Made by a program: the position numbers and the translations under genes | The notes under the pieces: model-generated | Told to the model about the DNA's origin: nothing | Database searches by the model: none | The model's input: the letters and a program-made list of their open reading frames with translations, nothing else | Part shown: positions 56,864 to 64,000 of the stretch, one piece after another | Numbering within the stretch: the stretch's first letter is position 1 | Layout: each line of letters starts with the position of its first letter | Source: a virus | Virus record (IMG/VR): IMGVR_UViG_3300023179_000093 | Coordinates: 1 to 64,000 of that record | Strand: one strand, 5' to 3' | DNA length: 64,000 bases

Positions 56864-58150
56864 ATGGCTCTTACGCTTATCGAGGCCAAAACAGCCTTAG
56901 CTAAATATGTTGATAACGGCGTCTGCGAAACTGACGACAGGGTAGTTTTAAAGATAAACGAAGCCCAAAGGCGTCTGCATAGTCATCGTGCCTGGATCGG
57001 GGTTTTGGCAAAGTTTGCAGTTCCAGTTACCAATTCTGTTTTTACGCTCCCCAATACAACCAACGATTTAACGACACCGGCTGGTTTTGGCTTGGAAAGT
57101 GCTCTCAAAGTATGCTCCAGTTCGTCTCCGTTGACCTTTATTACAAACGGAGTCGAAGCATTCCTTGGAGGGACTAACGATATTGTAAAAGTGTCTTTGG
57201 TCGACTCATCCCCAAACTCAAGGACATACAAAGTTGAGGAATCTGGTGTCACCAAAGTAGAAGTCACGGGTAAGCTTAACATGATCGAAGCCGACGCAGA
57301 TGAAGATCTTGTTCTAATCGACGATGTTGATGCTTTAAAGCTAATGCTTCTCGCTATCTACCGAGAAGAAAATAACCAGCTTGAGATGGCTCAAGCTCTT
57401 GAAACTAAGGCAATCGAGAGGCTTACCATCAAAACGGATCGAGCCATTGAGGCCGCCAGAAGAATTAACTACCAAACACAGGTTGCCAGCGAAGTTTCAG
57501 GAACGATGGGTCAGTATAGAGCGAGGCTCGCTTTAGATCTTGAGGACGGGATCAAATACAATGAGGCCGAGCTAACCCATTTGATTAACCGAGCGGAAGA
57601 AGCCCTTTTTAACCTTGGTAAATGGGTAGGCACCATTGCGACATTAAAGGTATCCACCGCACAAGGTGAGGTTGTTCTCCCTAGCGAGGTAAGCTCAGTC
57701 CTTGCGGTATCGACCGAGGGGAAGGCCGCACCAGTGTATTCACGCTTTTACGATTACCATGAAAATGGTCCTGGGTTACAAGACTCTGATTCTTCTGGTC
57801 TGAATGTATTTATTGATAGGGGGGAAACCTTTATTAACGGCGAATATAGAAAAGTTTACTACACAAGGACTGGGGACGAAAATGGGTGTTACAACATTCT
57901 TTACAAAAAAAGATGGTCTCCCAAAAATAGGAATTCCGACAAACTGGATATTCGAAACTATCAAGCCATCAAGGAAATGGCTCTAAGCATTAAATCATTA
58001 ACGACCAACCCCGAAGTTGCCACAATGCTTCAAGAAAGAGCCGTTGGTATCCTAAGCAAAGAAGTAAACGAAGCCAGAGGAGGTACAAAACAAAATATTA
58101 ATGTCCAGTCGACTGCGTTTATGTTTTCTGAAATTCCTACCTTAGTTTAA
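56864..58150 (+). CDS. Head-tail adaptor-like protein with internal duplication
   Basis: Two IN.A...L.....W.G.....LP units. Confidence 0.6.
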   Translation: MALTLIEAKTALAKYVDNGVCETDDRVVLKINEAQRRLHSHRAWIGVLAKFAVPVTNSVFTLPNTTNDLTTPAGFGLESALKVCSSSSPLTFITNGVEAFLGGTNDIVKVSLVDSSPNSRTYKVEESGVTKVEVTGKLNMIEADADEDLVLIDDVDALKLMLLAIYREENNQLEMAQALETKAIERLTIKTDRAIEAARRINYQTQVASEVSGTMGQYRARLALDLEDGIKYNEAELTHLINRAEEALFNLGKWVGTIATLKVSTAQGEVVLPSEVSSVLAVSTEGKAAPVYSRFYDYHENGPGLQDSDSSGLNVFIDRGETFINGEYRKVYYTRTGDENGCYNILYKKRWSPKNRNSDKLDIRNYQAIKEMALSIKSLTTNPEVATMLQERAVGILSKEVNEARGGTKQNINVQSTAFMFSEIPTLV

Positions 58151-58156
58151 AAAAAA

Positions 58157-60934
58157 ATGGCTCTTGCCACAATTACAATAACAAATACTTCCCAGGTATA
58201 CACTGGGACGGCAAGGCTTCCTACAGTCACCACATCCCCGGCTAATCTTGCGTATACCCTTGCTTGGACTGGCACGGCGTCCTCGACAACTGCACCTATA
58301 AACGTAGGAAATTATAGTGTAACCGTTAATGTAAATACCACAGTTAATGGATTACTTTGGACGGGGACAAAAACTTCTACTTTTACCATTACTCAGGCTT
58401 CGGCAGTAGTTACCCTTGGTAATCTCACACAAACATATTCTGGCACTCCAAAGCCAGTCACGGTAACAACTTCCCCTGCTGGGCTTTCTTATTCAGTCAC
58501 ATACGATGGTGGCGCAACAGCGCCAACAAATGCTGGATCATACAATGTTGTAGCAACAATAACTGATCCAAACTATCAAGGCTCAGCTAGTGGAACTCTT
58601 ACAATAACAAAAGCAAATGCCAGTGTAACATTTTCAAACTTATCTCAAGTATATACTGGAAGCTCTTTAGTTCCAACAATTGCAACATCTCCTAGCGGAC
58701 TTGGCTACTTTGTTACATACAATGGAAACTCAGCAACACCAATAAATGCGGGATCTTACGCCGTCGCGGCAACTATTAACGATGCAAATTATCAAGGCAC
58801 AGGTACGTCAACATTTACCATTACTAAGGCATCAGCCACCATTACTCTTGGAGATCTTTCTCAATTATATACTGGCACACCAAAACAAGCGGCTATTACC
58901 ACATCGCCAGTAGGGTTATCTACATCTGTAACATACAATGGGAGTGCAACGCCACCAACCAATGTTGGGTACTACCCAATTGTAGCTAATATTACAAATC
59001 CAAATTATCAAGGATCTGCTAGCTCAACCTTTAGAATATATTATTCTGCCGAACTTAGATTAGACAATTTAGAACAAACCTACGACGGAACTGCAAAACA
59101 AGCCGTTATCACCATTACTCCGTCCAATGTTTCTTACCAAGTTACCTATAATGGGAGCGCAACATTACCAGTTAACGCCGGAAGTTATTCCGTAATTGCT
59201 TCCGCATCCGACCCAAATTATTTTGGATCTGTCAGTGGAACACTTGTTATTGCTAAAGCCACCGCAACTATTACATGGAACTCCACGCTAAACCAAACAT
59301 ACACTGGAACTTCTAGGATTGTTACTTACCGAACTACTCCATCGGCTTCCACAGTTGGTAATGTATTTACTTCCATTACTTATAATGGTTCCTCAACACC
59401 CCCTATTAACGCAGGTAGTTATAACATCGTCGTCACTCTTACCTCCACTAACTACCAAGGACAATTCTCTAACACCTTAACTGTTGATAAAGCGACTCCG
59501 TCAATTGTCTTTTCCAACACAAGCTACGTATACGATGGGACTGCCAAACAAGTAACAGCAACAACAACCCCAACGAATCTGCCGATATCGATTACGTATA
59601 ATGGCTTATCAGATCTTCCAATTAACGCAGGTAGTTACCTCGTCGTTGCATCTGTTAACACCTCAAACTATTACGCTGTTGCTTCGACTACATTAACAAT
59701 TAGCAAGAGAACAATTAATGTTTCGCTAGTTCCAACCCCGCAGACAAATATCTATACTGGTAGCCAAATAGCTTATTCAATAACAAATGTAGCCATATCA
59801 AATTATAGTCCTTACCCATATCCAGAAGATTACACAAACTCAAATAACTGGATAGTTTCCTATACTTCATCAAACAACACTTCAACTACCTTAGCCCCAA
59901 TCGAAGTAGGCCAGTATGCAGTAAATCTACAATTTAACAAGGTAGACCAAAATATTATTTATACTGGGTCTACCACTAGCAGTTTGGGTATCCTACAAAG
60001 AGAAACATGTGTAATCACAGCAGAAGACTATACTGCAACATACACTGGGTCGCCAATTCCGTATACAAGCTATTCGGCCTTTCCAAATGTTCCTCTCCAA
60101 ATTACTTATTATGGCAACAACAATGTGGCTAGCCTAACGGCTCCAACCATACCTGGTGAATATGGCATCGAGCTAAGCCCAACAGCGGAAAGCGGGTACG
60201 TTGGCTCAGCCATCGCTCGTTTGACTATACTCAGAGCCCAGGGAACCATTACCTTTTCGCCCATACCCACAAAAACATATGGGGATGCCCCTTTTGAGCT
60301 AATAGTTTCCTCCACTTCAGGCTCGTTACCAACTATCACATCTGACAATCCTGCGGCTGTCTTAGTCGTGGGTAAACAAGCGACAATTGTAAGCATAGCC
60401 TCCGGATTTGTTAATTTAAAGGCTACTGAAAGCAACCCCTATTACGATACGGTTGAAGTTGTCAGAAGGCTTGCTCTGTCAAGGGCAACACAAACCATAA
60501 CCCTAACAACTCCCAATAATGTCAATACAAGGACAATTCCTTTTCAGATAACGGCCTCCTCCTCAAGCGGTTTGCCCTTGGCGTATGCTCTATTACAAGG
60601 ACAAGTTACCGTTTCGGATGGCGGGATGGTTATGGTTTTGGGAACGGGTACTGTTAAAATCAAAGTGTATCAAGTTGGAAATGCTAACTACTTGCCAGCC
60701 GAGTCAGTCTTGCAATTTGAAGTTGTCCCTTTCGTCCAAACCTTTTCGGAAGGAGTCTCAGACTTTATAACAACGGCCAGCCAAAAAGAATCTTGTCCAT
60801 CTCCAGTTGCGCAAGACTACTTGCTTTGCGAGCCAACCCCAGGAGTTTGGCCAAGCCTAAAAGATACCCGAGGAAGTCTTTGGGGTAGGGTTGAACTTTG
60901 GTGGGAGTATGTTAAAAAAACAGAGAACTGGTAA
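58157..60934 (+). CDS. MBG/Ig-like repeat protein (putative virion adhesin)
   Basis: About nine ~72 aa repeats Q.Y[TD]G...P.NAGSY.V...NY plus two Q.TIT[FL]-type Ig repeats; no signal peptide. Confidence 0.85.
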   Translation: MALATITITNTSQVYTGTARLPTVTTSPANLAYTLAWTGTASSTTAPINVGNYSVTVNVNTTVNGLLWTGTKTSTFTITQASAVVTLGNLTQTYSGTPKPVTVTTSPAGLSYSVTYDGGATAPTNAGSYNVVATITDPNYQGSASGTLTITKANASVTFSNLSQVYTGSSLVPTIATSPSGLGYFVTYNGNSATPINAGSYAVAATINDANYQGTGTSTFTITKASATITLGDLSQLYTGTPKQAAITTSPVGLSTSVTYNGSATPPTNVGYYPIVANITNPNYQGSASSTFRIYYSAELRLDNLEQTYDGTAKQAVITITPSNVSYQVTYNGSATLPVNAGSYSVIASASDPNYFGSVSGTLVIAKATATITWNSTLNQTYTGTSRIVTYRTTPSASTVGNVFTSITYNGSSTPPINAGSYNIVVTLTSTNYQGQFSNTLTVDKATPSIVFSNTSYVYDGTAKQVTATTTPTNLPISITYNGLSDLPINAGSYLVVASVNTSNYYAVASTTLTISKRTINVSLVPTPQTNIYTGSQIAYSITNVAISNYSPYPYPEDYTNSNNWIVSYTSSNNTSTTLAPIEVGQYAVNLQFNKVDQNIIYTGSTTSSLGILQRETCVITAEDYTATYTGSPIPYTSYSAFPNVPLQITYYGNNNVASLTAPTIPGEYGIELSPTAESGYVGSAIARLTILRAQGTITFSPIPTKTYGDAPFELIVSSTSGSLPTITSDNPAAVLVVGKQATIVSIASGFVNLKATESNPYYDTVEVVRRLALSRATQTITLTTPNNVNTRTIPFQITASSSSGLPLAYALLQGQVTVSDGGMVMVLGTGTVKIKVYQVGNANYLPAESVLQFEVVPFVQTFSEGVSDFITTASQKESCPSPVAQDYLLCEPTPGVWPSLKDTRGSLWGRVELWWEYVKKTENW

Positions 60935-60943
60935 ACACCAAAC

Positions 60944-63900
60944 ATGTCTTCCTTAACCTCCAGAACTGTAGCCGATTCGTACCCAGAACTATTAAAGCTA
61001 GAATCTGCCTTTACAGCTTCCAGCGACCTTCGGCAAATGGAAGATGGAGTTGGCAATGTTCTCCCTATTCAGATAAGTCAAGACAAGGTTAAAATTACAG
61101 GAGAATTACTTCTTTCGGATGCTTTAAGTCTAGCTTATCCGCTTGTTAGCACTTGGACTGGGGAAAGCACAGCCCTTTCAATTACTTCTTTAAAGACGTC
61201 TTCAAGTCCAACCACCGGAGCGTTAACGGTTGCGGGGGGAGTTGGGGTTCAAGGGAATGCGTACATAGGCCAAGATCTTAATGTCATTGGGCAATCTTTT
61301 TTCACTGGAAACTCCCAATTTAGCGGGAATGTTAATATTGACGGAGTTCTCACATTAAAGGGAAATATTAATGTTGGGGATGGAAACACCGACTCAATCA
61401 GTTTTAACGCAGATGTTACTTCGGACATACTCCCAGATACGACGGAAACTTATGATTTGGGTTCTCAAACAAAATCATGGGATCAAGTCTACGCCAAAGA
61501 AGTTATTGCCAGAAACATTACGGCTCAAGGTTCTGGAAATGTGGTTTTGTCTCCGATTGGGACTGGCGCCGGAACCGTCACAATTTCCCCAGCAAGCACA
61601 GTTAACATTTCTCCAACAGGCATTCTTACAATTAATCCAACGGCTACCTCAAACCTTAATAATGTAACCATTGGTGGCACCACCCCAAGAGATGGGACTT
61701 TCACAAACATTACCCAAAGTGGGACTGCTGGCGCTTTTGTTGTCTCCGGGACAACCGATTCCACTTCCTCGACAACGGGAGCCGCAAGAATTGCTGGTGG
61801 TCTTGGCGTTGCTAAAAACCTTTATGTTGGCGGTAGCTTTAATATACCAGCCAACGTCACCAGCACCAATTCTGCGGCAATCTTTGTACCCCTAAATGTC
61901 AGCGGTGCCTCAACATTTACCAGTACCGGAGCATATTCACTCACAATTAACCCGCCAAACACAACTACGATTCCCTTAAGGATTGCGAATAATAATTCAG
62001 ACTCTGTTACAGTTGATGCCGCCGGGCAACTTAATGTTTTAAAAAGTTCAGTTTTCACTGGCCAAGCAAGATTTAACTCGACGACTACGGTAAACGAGGT
62101 TTTTCAACAAATCGATTCCACAAAAACCTCTAGTTTTGCCGGACCGCTTAATATTGCTGGATCCACAAATCTAAGAAGTTTTTATGCTCGAGATGCTTTA
62201 AACTCAACCAATGTTCTTTCGTTTGACAACACGACAAACACGCTTTCGACCTCCAACGCCATCCTCAGCACTGCGTTAAACATCAGCCAAAATACTGGAG
62301 CCACGGCAGCAAACTTCCCCTACTACTTTAATGTAAATAGCGTTGGTAAGCTCACAGCCGTTAACGAGGCCGCCATATCCGCCGGAACCTCTTCAACATC
62401 AAGCGGTCAAATTATTCTTGCCGGGACATGCTCTTCAGTTGAGCCCACGACAGCTGGAATTCAATACCTTCGGATACGACCTCAAATTAATCTTGCCGGA
62501 AGGGATATTGCTACTGTTGATTTTGGCGCAAAGACAATTACGGTTGGCTCGACCATTAACCTAACCCCAGACACCAATATCAATTCAACTGGAGGATCGA
62601 TAGCTTCCAATATTGTACCCACTGCCTCCAATAGTTATGACCTTGGTAGCACAACTAGGCGGTGGAAAGATCTGTATCTTACAAACTCTTTGACTATTGG
62701 CGGTGCCATTAACGCCACATTGACTGGCTCCACACCGCATGTCTTCTCGGGTAATGTTCAGATTAATGGAAGTCTCACCGTCTCTGGTCAGACTACGCAA
62801 CCAATCGCAGCCAATGTCAGCAGTATTAGTAAAAGACTGGATCTTAACACGGCAGTTGATGACTCCACCAATAATCTTGCCAAACAAAATCTTTCAAGCT
62901 CTGCAATTGACGGAGGTCTTTTTATTGCCGCGACACTGCCAACGCAAGTGTTCAACGCAGTTGCAGCCGCAGATGCCGCAGTTGAAACAATTTCACACAG
63001 CTTTGGGGTTCCGCTATTAACCTCTGGCGGCGTTACCGCTATCCGCAAAGACACAAACGCCGATGTCACATCTCTATTTACCTATTCTCAAACGTCCAAC
63101 ACGGCTGTTACCATTACCTGGAATGCGGGTACATCGACGTCATTGGGTACCGCTGGTGCTGTTGGTGGGATTGTTTTCACCCTTACCCCGCAATCATCTT
63201 ACGGAGCATATGTCACCAACTCCGCTACCGTGGCAAATGGCGTTTCTCAAACTATTACGCATAACCTTCTCACCACAGCGGTTTCGGTATCGGTTATCAA
63301 AGTTTCAGATGGGACAATTATACCGAATACAACTTATTCAATCGCAACTCCAAACACAACTACGGCTACTCTTACCTGGAATTCTACCGCACCAACGGCA
63401 ACCAGCAACGCGGCAGCGGGTACTCTTCGAATCAAGGTTGTTCCGACAGCGACCGTTCAAAAGTATTCTTCGGTAACCTACACAACCCCGGCAACCAGCA
63501 ATACAACTCCAAAACTATTGGAGCCCCAACTTTTATCCAGCGACAACTTTGGTCTGGCCGCCGGGAAATCCTATTTCATTAACAATACAAGAGTCCTAAA
63601 CGAAACTTCGCTTGGTGACGCCGTTGTCAGTTCGAAACTGGCTTCGGTTGGTACGATCACCAGTGGAGTATGGCAGGGGACAACCATTTCTGGAGCTCAA
63701 GGTGGAACTGGCGCTGTCAATACTGGCAGAACCATAACCATTGCCGGAAACTTTTCTACAACTGGAACAGCGGGTTCAACTTGTGCTTTGGCTCTCAGTG
63801 GAAACACTGCCGTAACCCTCCCGCTATCTGGAACACTAGCTACTCTTGCCAATTCGGAGACTCTGACCAATAAGACGCTTGGGACGGCTAGTGGCGCAAA

Positions 63901-64000
63901 CACGACCATTCCAGCTGGTGCTTTAAGTTCAGATCTTGCCGTCGTCGATGGCGGAACCGGCAGGGGAACTCTTACCGCAAACGGAGTTTTATTTGGAAGC
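60944..64000 (+). CDS. Long tail-fibre protein, 3'-truncated (not in ORF track)
   Basis: ATG at 60944 (MSSLTSRTVADSY); frame is open at every point spot-checked, through to the end. Contains TTGAL.V.GG.GV, YDLGS....W and GGTG fibre repeats. Confidence 0.8.
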   Translation, partial: MSSLTSRTVADSYPELLKLESAFTASSDLRQMEDGVGNVLPIQISQDKVKITGELLLSDALSLAYPLVSTWTGESTALSITSLKTSSSPTTGALTVAGGVGVQGNAYIGQDLNVIGQSFFTGNSQFSGNVNIDGVLTLKGNINVGDGNTDSISFNADVTSDILPDTTETYDLGSQTKSWDQVYAKEVIARNITAQGSGNVVLSPIGTGAGTVTISPASTVNISPTGILTINPTATSNLNNVTIGGTTPRDGTFTNITQSGTAGAFVVSGTTDSTSSTTGAARIAGGLGVAKNLYVGGSFNIPANVTSTNSAAIFVPLNVSGASTFTSTGAYSLTINPPNTTTIPLRIANNNSDSVTVDAAGQLNVLKSSVFTGQARFNSTTTVNEVFQQIDSTKTSSFAGPLNIAGSTNLRSFYARDALNSTNVLSFDNTTNTLSTSNAILSTALNISQNTGATAANFPYYFNVNSVGKLTAVNEAAISAGTSSTSSGQIILAGTCSSVEPTTAGIQYLRIRPQINLAGRDIATVDFGAKTITVGSTINLTPDTNINSTGGSIASNIVPTASNSYDLGSTTRRWKDLYLTNSLTIGGAINATLTGSTPHVFSGNVQINGSLTVSGQTTQPIAANVSSISKRLDLNTAVDDSTNNLAKQNLSSSAIDGGLFIAATLPTQVFNAVAAADAAVETISHSFGVPLLTSGGVTAIRKDTNADVTSLFTYSQTSNTAVTITWNAGTSTSLGTAGAVGGIVFTLTPQSSYGAYVTNSATVANGVSQTITHNLLTTAVSVSVIKVSDGTIIPNTTYSIATPNTTTATLTWNSTAPTATSNAAAGTLRIKVVPTATVQKYSSVTYTTPATSNTTPKLLEPQLLSSDNFGLAAGKSYFINNTRVLNETSLGDAVVSSKLASVGTITSGVWQGTTISGAQGGTGAVNTGRTITIAGNFSTTGTAGSTCALALSGNTAVTLPLSGTLATLANSETLTNKTLGTASGANTTIPAGALSSDLAVVDGGTGRGTLTANGVLFGS

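Noticed and set aside
61371-63909. Short ORFs in the track over the last 3 kb
   Set aside because: Off-frame fragments within one long fibre gene that lacks a stop in the window.
53790-64000. Diversity-generating retroelement or invertase-driven fibre switching
   Set aside because: No reverse transcriptase, no near-identical TR/VR pair and no invertible segment seen in the window.
1-64000. Alternative genetic code
   Set aside because: Long genes are intact under the standard code and gene density is high.

Overview
The whole window reads as part of one tailed dsDNA phage genome with no host DNA. It is podovirus-like and temperate, or derived from a temperate ancestor; a Verrucomicrobia/PVC-type host is my inference from protein styles only. 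Left to right it contains: (1) the 5'-truncated giant polyvalent virion protein (>3200 aa; kinase-like and ADP-ribosyltransferase-like cassettes) plus ferritin-like and muramidase-like genes; (2) a minus-strand accessory cluster at 11.4-26.1 kb (C5 methyltransferase with a nested alternative-frame ORF, gp88-like, a histone-fold candidate, MoxR AAA/VWA pair, many small ORFs) with a TerS-like gene on the opposite strand; (3) a short plus-strand cluster, an iteron-like repeat array and two structural-looking genes at 26.3-29.0 kb; (4) a minus-strand replication module (primase-helicase, family A polymerase, SSB-like, Cas4-like nuclease, SF2 helicase, RuvC-like); (5) Xis-like, two RHH genes, a frameshifted tyrosine integrase and a candidate attP; (6) a plus-strand late operon (TerL, portal, scaffold, capsid, lysis, tail, three tail-collar paralogs, an MBG-repeat protein and a 3'-truncated fibre). 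All family names come from motif recognition by eye; no database search was run.
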